DNA of 64,000 bases from Mobula hypostoma (Eukaryota): the NCBI RefSeq assembly GCF_963921235.1, contig NC_086124.1:16430001-16494000 (forward strand). The letters are read 5' to 3'. The notes below the pieces were generated by a model. It was not told the origin of the DNA. It searched no databases and was given only the letters and a program-made list of their open reading frames with translations. Positions 51,382 through 63,489 of the stretch are shown here, piece by piece; positions within the stretch are counted from its first letter, which is position 1, and each line of letters begins with the position of its first letter. Made by a program: the position numbers and the translations under genes.

Positions 51382-52812
51382 ATGTCATATACCTGCTCAG
51401 ATTGTGGGAAGGAATTCACTCAGTCCTCTCATTTGAAGGTACATCAGCGGGTTCATACTGGGGAGAGGCCACTGACCTGCTCTGAGTGTGGAAAGGGATT
51501 CACTCAGTCAACCCACCTGCAGTCACACAAGCGAGTTCACATGGCAGAGAGGCCATTCACCTGTTCTGTGTGTGGGAATAGGTTCACTCGGTTAAGCAAC
51601 CTACAGAGACACCAGTCGGTTCACACTGGGGAGAGGCCGCTGATTTGCTCAGACTGTGGGAAGGGATTCACTTGGCCATCTGAACTGAAGCTACATCAGC
51701 GAGTTCACACTGGGGAGAGGCCATTCACCTGCTCAGACTGTGGGAAGGGATTCACTCGATCATCTGACCTACTGGCACACCAGTCAGTTCACACTGGGAA
51801 GAAACCATTCACCTGCTTCGATTGTGGGAAGGGGTTCACTCGGTCATCTCACCTGCTGACACACCAGTTAGTTCACAGTGGGGAGAGGCCGTTCACTTGC
51901 GCAGACTGTGGGAAAGGATTCACTCGGTCATCTGACCTGCAGAGACACCAGTCAGTTCACACCAAGAAGTGGCCATTCACCTGCTCGGATTGTGGAAAGG
52001 GATTTTCTTGGGCATCTGAACTAAAGATACACCAGCGAGTTCACACCGGGGAAAGGCCATTCACCTGCTCAGACTGTGGGAAGGGATTCACTCGGTCATC
52101 TCAGCTTATGACACACCAGTCAGTTCACACTAAGGGGAAACCATTCAACTGCTCAGACTGTGGGAAGGGATTCAGTCAGACATCTGACCTCCTGGCACAC
52201 CAGCGAGTTCACACAGGAGAGAGGCCATTTACCTGTTCTGTGTGTGGGAAAGGATTTGCTCAGTTCTCTCAACTACAGAGACACCAGCCAGTTCACACTG
52301 GGGAGAGGCCATTCATTTGCTCAGAATGTGGGAAGAGATTTGTTCGGTCATCTGAACTGAAGGTACATCAACGAGTTCACACTGGAGAGAGACCATTCAC
52401 TTGCTCAGCCTGTGGGAAGGGATTCACTCGGTCATCTGCCCTACAGCAACACCAGTTAGTTCACTCTGGGAAGAAACCATTCACCTGCTCAGTCTGTGGT
52501 AAGGGGTTCACTCGGTCATCTCAGTTACTGGCACACCAGTTAGTTCACACTGGGGAGAGGCCATTTACCTGCTCAGACTGTGGAAAGGGATTCACTCAGT
52601 CATCTTATCTGAAGGTACATCAGCGAGTTCACACTGGAGAGAGGCCATTCACCTGCTCAGTCTGTGGGAAGGGATTCACCCGGTCATCTGCCCTACTGCA
52701 ACACCAGTTAGTTCACACTGGGAAGAAACCATTCACCTGCTCAGACTGTGGGAAGGGATTCACTTGGTCATCTCAGCTACAGGCACACCAGTCAGTTCAC
52801 AGCGAGGGGTAG
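51382..52812 (+). CDS. C2H2 zinc-finger protein, 17 tandem fingers, no effector domain visible (locus C)
   Basis: 17 CxxC-x12-HxxxH fingers with TGERPF-type linkers; lies in an exon with acceptor at 50536/50537; AATAAA at 53202-53207. Confidence 0.9.
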   Translation: MSYTCSDCGKEFTQSSHLKVHQRVHTGERPLTCSECGKGFTQSTHLQSHKRVHMAERPFTCSVCGNRFTRLSNLQRHQSVHTGERPLICSDCGKGFTWPSELKLHQRVHTGERPFTCSDCGKGFTRSSDLLAHQSVHTGKKPFTCFDCGKGFTRSSHLLTHQLVHSGERPFTCADCGKGFTRSSDLQRHQSVHTKKWPFTCSDCGKGFSWASELKIHQRVHTGERPFTCSDCGKGFTRSSQLMTHQSVHTKGKPFNCSDCGKGFSQTSDLLAHQRVHTGERPFTCSVCGKGFAQFSQLQRHQPVHTGERPFICSECGKRFVRSSELKVHQRVHTGERPFTCSACGKGFTRSSALQQHQLVHSGKKPFTCSVCGKGFTRSSQLLAHQLVHTGERPFTCSDCGKGFTQSSYLKVHQRVHTGERPFTCSVCGKGFTRSSALLQHQLVHTGKKPFTCSDCGKGFTWSSQLQAHQSVHSEG

Positions 52813-54122
52813 TCGTTCAATTGCTCAATCTGTGGAAAGGGATTCACTCGGTCATCTGCCCTACTGCAACATCAGTGAGTTCACACGGGGAGTGGGGAAG
52901 ATGTGGAGCATTAACCTGCTCTGAATGTGGGAAGGGACTCACTCACTCATCCAACCTTGTGACACACTACCAAACTCACACTGGGGAAACAGTTTAAATA
53001 AGCTGCAAGCTGCATATTTAACCATTTAGTTTGCTAAATTCCAAAGCAAGTTCAAAAGTGACTGTTGGTGATGAACTTTGCAATTGTTGCTGCTGTTCAT
53101 CACACCCAGTTCTGCACCCTGGTCACTGGGCATGGAAGGGGTTTTGTCTGCGGATGTTCCCATTTAGTAGGACTGGAGTTTAATAGTCTGGATCTATGAC
53201 AAATAAATCAGTTCTATTTGAAACTCTGTCTCAGGTATTGAGTGAGTCTACAGCACACGCAGTTTACAGTAGGGAATCATCTCAGCACAGCCGGTCCCTG
53301 CTATTGTTCCTGTTTCATGACGATCCATTAAAATCCTTTCCTGCTGCTCACCCGTGGTTATCCATTCCAAACACTCTGTGGGTGAAGAGGTTTCCCTTGA
53401 ATTTACTGCCTGACTTTCTGCAGGCTGAAGAAGGTGAGCTGACTACACTGGTGACTGACATGTTCTTTGTCCCACAAATCTCTGGCCTGAGGAAGACTGA
53501 CATTGGTAGTTAACCAAATTATTCCCTGGTTATTTCAACTTTATGGTCACTTTCACTGCTTCTAAACAGCTGTGACTCACAGAGCTTGGTTGTTACAATA
53601 CACCACTGTCCTTGAAAATCTGAAAGCAGAATGGAGAACCATTAGTTGGATGTTCACTGGAGCAGGGCCAGAAACCAGAGATGTGTCAGCACAGGGTAGA
53701 GTTTGGTGCTCCGCACGGAGGTAGGGGTAAGAGCAGATGATGATGAGCAGGGGTTGTGGCAACGAATGACAGAGCAGCAACGTTTGGAAGCTGATTGACA
53801 GAGAAAAAAAAGGTTGACTTTGACTTTTGACCTTTTGACACACACAGTGCCTGTTGATATTGAGTATATTGCCTGTGGAAGCTTGCTATGTTAAATTGCT
53901 TGGTGAGCTCTGTTAAAAATATTGACCGGGTGATGCTGTTTGGCATTGTTTGTAAACACATTCAATGGCACTGTCATTCCCCAGAAATTTGTGAGCTTTA
54001 GAATGTACTAGCACCGTGAATCGAGTGCACAGGTGCTGAGAGTGTTGGATCCAGATTTTTAATTTTAATTATTATTGTCTTTGCAGTTTAACAATTATTT
54101 ACCTTGTATTTTATGCAGTCAT

Positions 54123-55705
54123 TGTATACATAACAGTTTAATATGCCTCTCATGGCTATTCAAAATATAATTCTGGGGATTCTTTGCATTTCATTAAGTA
54201 AGTAAATGTTTTGTCATTGTTTTTTTTTTGCTTTAGATACTGACCAAGCACTTTCTAAGTAGATTATCATATCTAGATTTGATGTGATTTTTCTTATCTT
54301 CTGGCATAGAAGTAGCTGTTTTATGCTAGGTGTTCCATCTGTAGTTTCTCTCTCTTCTTCAAGTAGTAGACCCCTGCCACTGTTCCACTCCTATCAACTT
54401 TTAATAAAACGATAGTGAAGCAACAAGTTTATGCCTCATTATTGACTTTTAAAAGTACCTTGGATTTAAACACCAAATTCGCCAATTGGTGTAGTCGGCA
54501 GCACTTAGAGCTCAGAATAATCCAAGACAATGAAAGAATATTTGGCACCTAAAAAAAAAGGGTAAGAACTTTCTTTCATGTTGTAAATTGTCTGAGAGAA
54601 AGAAAAAAAACCTTGCTCTGGCTTTTACATTATCGGATGGAAATCAGGATTGAGGACTGTTGTGTTGCTATTTTTTTAAAAAGACAGTTGTTAAAAAGAA
54701 GTACAAACTTCAAAAAAAAATCATACAGGCAGTAGAGGACAGATAAAAAGCTAATGAAATTGTGTAAGCTAGCAGAGCATGGGGAAAATTCAGTTTGCAG
54801 GACAACCTGTTAAAAATTCAAAATTACGGTCAAAGTAAAAGTACTTATGTGTTTAAGTTTGCATCAAAACAATGGCCAAAGTTGTGAAACATTTAATCTT
54901 GATAAGATTTTTGAAATATACCAATAATGTTAAATCTAATCAAATATGGCTCCTAGATGATATTGTGAACATATGGGATAAGACTCAGGAAGTGTTTGTT
55001 ACTGATTTAGAGACAAGAGTCTTTGGTTAGTTTGATCGGATGTGTGAGCGATTAAAGCTTAATGGGATGAGTAAAGTCTTTTACTAATTGAAAGAAACAC
55101 AAAACTTGTGATGAACTACAAAAACCCGATAAAAACAGTAAAATGCCTAAAGAGCAAATCTTTGCACAAACCAATGAGCAAAAGAACAAGATGGTAATTC
55201 AAGGTCACACACACAAAATGCTGAAAGTACTTGTGTTGGTGCGTATTGCTGTGGATTTCCAGCATCTGCAGAATCTGGTGTGTGTTTAATTCAATCAATC
55301 TAAATTGCTTGTGGCTCAGAAATTGAAACAAAGTCAGAAAGCGCAGGCATCAACTTCAGCTGTGTGGTACACAAAATGTTGAAGTAACTCAGCAAGTCAG
55401 GCAGCATTTATAGAAAAGTGTAAACAGTCAAAACTTTGAGCTGAGACCCTTCATTAGGGTCCATTGCTAATTAATGTACAGTATTGACAAGCTAGTGTTG
55501 TTCAACCACTCAATAATCTGCTGAAGGACAGCAAAGGTTCAGAAAACCCTGTGGTTCTTAATGAAGACCAACTGAAAGCATTTCAAGTTTTAAAAATGAC
55601 GTTGTGTACTGCATCTGCATTAATAGTTCCTGATACACTTACCCTTTATATCAATGAGAAACGCATGTAAGCAGACCTAATTCAAGAACATAGAGATCGA
55701 AAGTG
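54123..55705 (+). mobile_element. Endogenous retrovirus-like remnant (LTR, tRNA-Ser PBS, pol connection domain)
   Basis: AATAAA 54403-54408, LTR end CA at 54484, PBS TGGTGTAGTCGGCAG 54487-54501; 55491-55703 translates QPLNNLLK..NEDQLKAFQVLKMTLCTASALIVPD..LYINEK. The 5' LTR boundary is approximate. Confidence 0.7.
55200..55462. mobile_element. Penelope-like terminal fragments inside the ERV remnant
   Basis: CACAAAATGCTG, CCAGCATCTGCAGA and CTCAGCAAGTCAGGCAGCAT..GAGACCCTTCA. Confidence 0.6.
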
Positions 55706-56639
55706 TTGGAATCGGTTGTCCTTATGTTTTTATTAAGGTATTAATTGAATTGAGTTTTTAGCAAGGCTGAAATTCTAGTTTCACAAACATATAAATTGTT
55801 AACTTGTATTTTTCATAATATGTGGTGTTAAGCGTCATCTACTGGTGGCAAATGATATTACAGTTACATAGCGGTTGACTTTCATGTTTAACACAGCCAG
55901 TTAAAAAACATGTGCTCTACCTGTGTATCTTCCAATAGGTCCTCCTTATTCTAGGAATTTGACTTATTTCAGTACAGAAGGGTCTGTTTAATAATATTCT
56001 AGCTTGCAACTTTTGATACTTTTGGGCACAAATCTATGAAAATGTTTCGGGTTGCGATTCTATTGATACTGTGGGCCAACTATTGATATTTCAGGTGCAG
56101 CTCCAGTACAATTTTGGGTTGTGACTATTGATGCTTTGAGTTTTAACTCTAGTATTATATTTTCAATCAACTCTGGTTATACGTTTTGGCTTGTGATTCT
56201 AATACTGTGATTGACATTTAAGTGAAGAGTACTCATTGAGATCCAGCTAAAACAAGGCCAAAGTTGAGAAACAAATTGCAGAATCTCCAGCATGAGAGAA
56301 CAGATAACAGAGGGTTTTAGTACTTACTTGAATATATGAATTTGATGCGATTAATGAAATATGCTATTGATGCTGAGTCTAGTGTTTATGTTTTTGTTTT
56401 CTGAGTTTCTGTTACCCTATTTCTTTTCAAAACACTCGGATTCAAATTCAAATTCTGGGACTGAACTACGGCGTTGGCTGTTAACGCAGACGGCGTATTT
56501 CACTGTACGCTTAAGTATACATTGTGATAAATGAATAACTCTGAATATGAATCAGGCTCCCAGGCCTTTTACCTGCTGCAAAGGACTTGGATCCGCGTCC
56601 AAAGCTTGAGGATGAAGTACACAAAAGATACGAGAGACT

Positions 56640-56955
56640 CAATGGTTCAATTTACTATTAGAGAGTGTATACAGTATACAACCTGAAATTCTTTGCAAAC
56701 ATCTACAAAACAGTGTAAAAAATAACAGAAGAATGAGAGAAAATGTTACAACCACGAAACTCCCCTTCGCCTCCCACGCACAAGCAGCAGCGAAAGATTC
56801 GACCCTCCCCTCCACTTCCTCCAACGAAACCATTAACACCCACCACCCACCGTGAAATCAATATTAAAGCTTCCGGAAACCATGATCTAGAGTTCATCAA
56901 AAGGTACTGTCCGTTCAAATACTTCGACATCACAGACAGTGTCTGTCTGTCTGTG

Positions 56956-57006
<51 letters not shown>

Positions 57007-57375
57007 TGAGAGAGAGATTGTGATTAGAGAGATTCCTCGAGTGTAGGGGTCACAGACGGCTGCCTGCACCGCCCGCTGTCTCGGTGTTTCAATCTCCTCC
57101 GACAGCTCAGTCAACGTCATCGGCGAGGAATCGGTTCGTCCACAGGACTGCACCCAGAAGGCGCACGTCGTAACATCGAAACGACAGGTGGCTTGGCGAG
57201 TTCCGAAAGCGAAATCCCACCACTCATGAGGAAACCGTAGTTTGAGATGCAGCTGTAGATTACAGATTCCGAAAAGGACCCCAGACACCTTGAAAAGGAA
57301 TAAAAAACAAGAAAAGAAGAATTGAACTGTTTCGCCCAGGTACGCAAAAATCTCTGGCGCCATCTTTAGCTCCCA
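56640..57375 (-). mobile_element. Probable non-autonomous LINE derivative (Rex-type 5' and 3' ends)
   Basis: Minus strand begins with AAGATGGCGCC and ends with ATATACTGTATAC..AGTAAATTGAACCATTGA, a tail like the other Rex-type ends; no RT between. Confidence 0.5.
56941..57003. repeat. (TCTG)/(TC)n microsatellite
   Basis: Seen directly. Confidence 0.9.
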
Positions 57376-57979
57376 CTCCTAATGCGCTGACGACAGCAAC
57401 ATGTAATTCAAATGTGGGATTTTCTATGACAGCGTTGAACGGTGGGACGGAATACAAGCGTCTGAATTGTCAACGTTGCCCCCAGTTCTCTATATTTTCC
57501 ATTAACCGGGAACACAAATGTCACTTCACTTGAGAAATATAAAACCAGGATGATGTCACCAGCCGGTAACCACATCGCAGGACATAGAGTGGGCTTGGTG
57601 CTGTATGTTCACTGGAATGTCAGGAGGGTAAGACTAAAACTGCCTGATTCACACATTTCAAAGCAGTTTGAAACTAGTAATATCGTACAATCTGAATTCC
57701 ATTTGACCATTGCCTTGACGACCCCTTACCTCCTGGTGAAGTGGGCACAGCGGATAATCCGTTGTCCCTTCTACAGCTTGAGGTCTGCATAGAACTTGCT
57801 ATTTTCGGCGTGGGCTTCAAAGCGTTCCTTCTTGCCCTGAGGTAAATGTTCAAATTCGTCAGTAAATAATTTGTACGTCCCCCTATCTATTAATGACTTA
57901 AAACTATTCTATGGACAGATGAGCAGATGCAACAGGCAGGAGCAGCAAATTGTTTATGGTAGATTTGGAATAAGGTCTG

Positions 57980-58275
57980 CGGGCGCAATGATGTCGTAGA
58001 GGTTAACGGGCCGGTATTACAGCACAATGCTCAGAATTCAATTTCCCGCGCCGTTTTAAGGAGACTGTACGTACTCGCTGTTGACTGGGTGTGTTTTTTT
58101 TTCTGGGTGCTCCGATTTCTTCCCACGGTGAGAAGGTGTATCGGTTAATAGGTTAATTGGTCACTGTGTATTGTCCTGTGATTGTCCTGAAGTTAAATAT
58201 GTGCGTTGCTGGGCTTGTTAGTCGAGAGAAGCCTGTTCCGGGTTGCTTCGCGAAATAAGTAAAATGAATAAATAA
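57980..58275 (+). mobile_element. V-SINE, diverged
   Basis: GGGTGCTCCGATTTCTTCCCAC core, GGTTAATTGGTCACTG, AAATA-rich tail. Confidence 0.7.
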
Positions 58276-58279
58276 TAAA

Positions 58280-58361
58280 GTCTATCGTCTGAGCGCAGTC
58301 GGTTACAGATGCAGATGATTAAACCCGTAAAGGTTGTCGGGTTAGCATCAAAGTGGGATCG
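58280..58361 (+). pseudogene. Possible decayed tRNA-Asn(GTT)-like relic
   Basis: GCGCAGTCGGTTA, TTAAACCCGTAAAGGTTG and GGGATCG are colinear with tRNA-Asn GCGCAATCGGTTA, GTTAACCGAAAGGTTG and GGGACG; box B is destroyed. Confidence 0.4.
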
Positions 58362-59014
58362 GCTTCTTTCACGAGAACCTGAAGACGTGACTCAATAAAA
58401 TGATCAAACCTAAGCTCTTGCCTTCACAGCCTTAACGAAACAACCGCACTAATTCTTAGTTCCAAGAGCATCGGACAAGTTAATATTTGGGATAGGACGG
58501 AGATACCCCCAATAAATATTGCAATGCCTTTTACAGAATATAATGTTGGATGTAACCTACTAGGCAACCCAAAGATGAATAGCCAACTTTCTCAAAGCAA
58601 GGACGTTAATCATAAATTATAACCAAAGGAGGGTTTTCAACTCACTTTTTGTTTCTTCGTTTGTGGTATTACCTTAAGATCAACATCTGCACAAAAATAA
58701 AAGCAAGACATCAATGATTAAAGCACTGTATTCAACATTGATAAAAGCTTTGTTAGATGTGGCCCGTTGCAGTTTCCAATTAAACTACAAACTTACAGGC
58801 GCATTTTGCAGGAGGAAAGAAACAGGACCACTGTAAAGAAAGGACGTGCAAACTAGAAGCAGACAACGCCGGAGGTCAGGAGTGAACTGTGACCAAATGT
58901 GCGACAGCTACGTTCCGGGATAGTTCACTGCGTCATGGATGGCTGTACGGTCTTATTGGGAACCTTTGCGATCTGTGTTTGGCGGAGGTTACATACTCAG
59001 TTGCGGTTTGCCAG

Positions 59015-59510
59015 AAGATATAGGAGCAGAAAAGGCCATTCGGCTCCTCTCAGCTGCATTGTGATTCGTTCATGGCTGATTTATTTATTTATTTTTTTCT
59101 TTTCAATCCTATTCCCCTTTTATTCAGTAACCATTGACGCCCTTACTAATGAACAACCTACCAAGCTCGGGTTACCGAAAGCCAGCGACTTTGTCTCTGC
59201 AGCCATGCTTGACAAATAAATCTACAGATTCACCACCCTATGCATAAAGAAATACTTTCTCGTCTCTGTTCTGTACACTTCCCTGCACTGCATTCTCTCT
59301 GTCACTTCTTTGCCCATTCTCCTAATCTGTCGAAGTCTTCCAGCGGACTCCTTATTTCCTCACGCTGCCTGACCTTCCGCCTATTTTTCTATCTCCTGCA
59401 GACATGGCTACAAAGCCACCAGTTCGGCTAGCCATATTATTAACGAATAATGTGTAAACAAATGGTCCCAATAGCAAGCGCTGTGGTACACTAATACTCA
59501 CTGGCATCCA
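59015..59510 (-). mobile_element. CR1 3' fragments
   Basis: Tail reads GATATAGGAGCAGAAAAGGCCATTCGG on plus; SVPQRLLLGP remnant. Confidence 0.7.
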
Positions 59511-59522
59511 ACCAGAATCTTG

Positions 59523-59905
59523 TGTACTGTCCATTACGCCGCTGGCGTTTAGGGCAGCAATGCAGGTCCCCTAGCTTTCTCTGTCTTTGGTCATCTTCTC
59601 TATTGTGCCCCTGGTGTGGTTCAGGGTCTTTAGTCGTACACAGATATAGAAGGATTCCGAAAAAAATGTTTTGACCAGTCACGGATGTTAGTCCTGAGCT
59701 GAATCCCTGAACCTGGAGGATCGGTAGACCAGTCTTAGTTCGGCCTCTACCCATTGATCTGTTTGGCATAGGTGAACCTCCCAGAGCCAGAGTATAAAGC
59801 GCTGACTCCAGCCAGCATAAGTCTCGGCATCATTGAGACACGCAGGCCTCCAAATCCTACAACAAGGTAGTGATCCCCTTTGGAAGAGCCAACCACACAA
59901 GACAC
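59523..59905 (-). mobile_element. Bipartite RTE (Expander/Rex3-like) non-autonomous element
   Basis: Minus strand CACTACCTTGTTGT..GCGTGTCTCAATGAT..GCCAAACAGATC (RTE 5' UTR type) joined to an RTE-type 3' end GCTGCCCTAAACGCCAGCGGCGTAATGG. Confidence 0.6.
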
Positions 59906-62272
59906 CTATTATTCTAAATCTTTGCCTTCTGCATGTCAACCAATGTTTATTTATTTTTATTGAATCCAGCATGCTGCGCGGAGTGGGACCCCTTGTCCAT
60001 GCTCTCCTTTCTTGTAATACCATGGGTGTTTAGCACTTTGTCAACGAATTGCAGCGAATTACAGCGCTGTCTTTGGGCCATTTTAACACCCTACCACTGC
60101 TTCCATGCTTCAGTTTCCGCCCACATTTCAGTTCAACAGCAGAGGGCGGTGTAAATCCCAACAAACGTCGAAAGATCTTTTCCACGGATGCTGCCCGACC
60201 TGCTGAGTTCCTCCGGCGTGTTGTGAGTGTTCATTTTCCATATCTCTTTTCCTATACATTATGTGTTATCTGCTTCTAACTTTCCCTCAGGCTGCTAATT
60301 GAACGTCAGGCATGCAATTTCAGAAGTATTAAGCGCCTTTTACTGAGAAAACACAATGTTAGTTCCTGGTATTGGATCCTGAAGACAGTTCATAGCGTAC
60401 TCACAAGATTGCGAGCACGTTGCAAAGTCACTCGCTTTCTAACCACATCACATGCTCGCTGTACTTCATAAGACGACAAACAAAACACAATTAAATTCTC
60501 GTGCAAATCTAGATGTCCCACAATACTTACATATGGTACTGACATTGGGACCATCTTTAGGCGGTGGAACGGCCCTGAAAGGGACCTAAATTTGCAAGTC
60601 AATTTTTTTTTATTTGTAAAATACTGTGAAAGTATTGAAGGCGGCGGGAAAGAAATTGCAGGAGATCTATCTGTTTGATATGTTGACTGTACCGTATGTG
60701 AGTTGTCCCCAGCAGGACAGACGGGATTAAATGAGAGTAACGTGCAATTATACACGTTAGCAGAAGAATGGAAGTGAGGGGCACTTTACAAATGGTGGAA
60801 GATTTACGTGTATCACTGTTTGGCATGCCCTGTGACTATGATGCAATGCAAAGAAGATATTGTCCAGACGAACACGGGGGATGGGAAGAGCAAAAATATG
60901 GCAGTGCCTGTCACCACCCAGGTCTCATCACACATGAAGCGCCAGTTTGTGATGCACTGTTTACATTGTTAAATTGTGTAGTAAACGCATCATACTATTA
61001 GCTAACTTATTTGTGGCAATGCGTATTTTATGTGTTGTGCGTGAGTTACAGTATATGTATTGTTACTGTGCACCTTGGTCCGGAGGAAGATTATATCGTT
61101 TGGCGGTACACATGTACGTGGTTGAAATGACAATAAATTTGAACTTGAACTCGACTTGAACTTGGGATGACACAGGGGATACTCTCAACATTAGCACGTA
61201 AGCCATAGGCAATTTTGACTTCTGTCAATCAATGTAAGACCTTTATCGTGTTCAAAATTTAGAATTGAATGTGGAAACCGCATGACGGCCAGCGGTGTAC
61301 CATATCAGATCGAGGATGGAAGTGGACGGAGAAAGATTGGAGTTTGAAAATGGGAGCGAGAGGGTGAAGTCAAATGGTATTAAGAGGAAAACGGGGAGAA
61401 AAAATGAATGGTCAACGAAAGACGAAAGCACATTAAGATGCCCCAAAAGAGTGAATTAAATCAAAAAACTCGAAAGGCAAATAATGAGGAAAATCAGCAA
61501 GAATTGGTTGTGAACAGTATCAGATCGATTGTGAGAATGTAGTGAGTGCGCATATGGACGATCGATCACGCAGTTAATCAATTGGGTTTCCTACGTGTGG
61601 GAAGCTTTTTCTTTTGGTCGCGGGCATTTCAAGAGTTCGTGTCTTTCCTTCCGGCGGACGCGCTTCGTGGAAGGTGTCCATCGTGTACCGTCATTAAAAT
61701 GGCATAATATAAAAGTTGAATCATTCTGCTCCTTAGCCGTCCTTACCCCGCAGAAACGCAACACGAGGGGCTACTCTGGAGCATGCAGTCCATTTGGAAA
61801 GACTCTTCGGGGAGTAGTTACTGGGGACAATGATCAAACGGGAGTTCATTTACGTCATAACACCACTCTACAATCTAGAATTGACACTACTGAATATCGG
61901 GTAAAAGTGTTCCGAGATGACGATCAGAATTCTAAAACTTTCCCCAACATTTGAATATGAATGTCATATGCATTTATTTCTGCGGAAATCGTATTCTTAC
62001 CTCAATTCTCCGCGGCCTCTTGCCTTCCCTGTAAATTATACGGAGAATTAAATGAAGTTAAAATGAAGCAGCACAGAGCCGTATAGAGAACAGCAGACTT
62101 GCGTGAACATTTGCAAATCCTGCTTCTTCGCACAGAATAAAATCCTGACTAAATCCACAATTGTTTGAAGAATACAAACACCCCCCCCCCCCCACGGTGA
62201 GAACGAAGTTGAAATTAAAATAATTAATAAAAACGAAAAAGAAACGAGATAAAACATGACCGAATCATTGTG

Positions 62273-62640
62273 GTCATCATCAATGTACTCTGTCGTATTG
62301 CGAGAGCGATCACGGTCTATCCATGACTATGATGGCTCTTAGAACATTTGTCCCCCTAAGCGGTTTGCCATTGCCTTCTTCTGGGCAGTGTCTTTACAAG
62401 GCGGGTGACCCCAGCCGTGATCAATACCCTTCTGAGATTGTTTGCCTGGCGTCAGTGCTCGCATACCCCTGACTTGTGATCTGCCCCAGCTGCTCTCACG
62501 ACCATCCACCACCGCTCCCATAGCTTCAAGTGACCTGATTGGGGCTGTGGAGGGACTGGGAGTGGCTAGGAAGGTGCTACACCTCGCCCAAAGGTGATCT
62601 GCAACTAGCAGAAAGAAGGAACCACCGAGCGAACAACCTG
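62273..62640 (-). mobile_element. SINE with RTE/BovB-type tail
   Basis: GGTTTGCCATTGCCTTC motif on plus; (GAT)n end on minus. Confidence 0.6.
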
Positions 62641-62854
62641 TCACAATGCTGATGCATAATCGGGCTCAGGACTTGATGACTGCGCTTCGAATTTCTGCAC
62701 TGTTACCATTCCATGGCATAATGGTCATACTTCTCTTGCAATTGTTGACATGAATGAAACGGAGGTGGGCGGTGGGGAGAGAGGGGCAGAGACGGAGAGA
62801 GAGAGAGGGAGAGAGACAGACAGACAGACAGACAGATTTAGTATATTAACAGAG

Positions 62855-63120
62855 GATGGTCCTTTTAGAATGGTGAAGAGGAATTTCTTTAGGCAGAGAG
62901 TGGCGAATCTATGAAATTCGTTGCTACAGACGGGTGAGAAGAGCAAGTCTTTATGTCTATTTCAGGCAGTGGTAGATCCTTGATTAGTCAGGGCAAGAAT
63001 GGATATGGGGAGAAGGCAGGAGATTGGGGCTGAGAGGAAAATGTATCAGTCATGATTAACTGGCGGAGCAGACTCGGTGGGCCAAACGGCCTAATTCTGC
63101 TCTTCTACCTTATGTTATGT
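62855..63120 (+). mobile_element. CR1 3' end
   Basis: RNFFRQRVANL remnant and GGCCTAATTCTGCT tail. Confidence 0.8.
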
Positions 63121-63130
63121 GACAGAAACA

Positions 63131-63168
63131 GGGAGAGAGAGAGAGAGAGAGGGAGAGAGAGAGAGAGA

Positions 63169-63209
<41 letters not shown>
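63131..63209. repeat. (GA)n microsatellite
   Basis: Seen directly. Confidence 0.95.
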
Positions 63210-63215
<6 letters not shown>

Positions 63216-63489
63216 TTTGCGTTAGAGATAGAGAGATCTGTTGAGGTTACAATTTTTTTTTAGTGCTGTTGGGTATATTAAGCACGTAATGAAACTGATG
63301 GGAGTATATAAAATAAGGAACTGTCAAAGCCATAGATACTCAAAAGCGAAAACGGAACCAGCTTTTGCGCCTACCTGACAAGAATGTGACAAATGAAGAA
63401 ACCCGAGACAATCGACTAAGGTGGCTATCAAATTCGGACTGATACTGAGAGTAATCTTTTGAAAAGCTGAATTCTGCATTTTGAAAACA

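Noticed and set aside
51382-52812. 84-bp periodic repeats as a CRISPR-like array or satellite
   Set aside because: The period equals one 28-aa C2H2 finger; eukaryotic context.
56469-56484. GCGTTGGCTGTTAAC resembling the tRNA-Asn anticodon arm
   Set aside because: No flanking tRNA structure; it sits in a LINE 3' UTR-type tail.
60360-60460. Possible intron-containing tRNA relic on minus strand
   Set aside because: Only loose box A/B resemblance; no cloverleaf can be formed.
60390-61954. ORFs 60390-60755 and 61595-61954
   Set aside because: No recognisable domain, splice structure or codon pattern.
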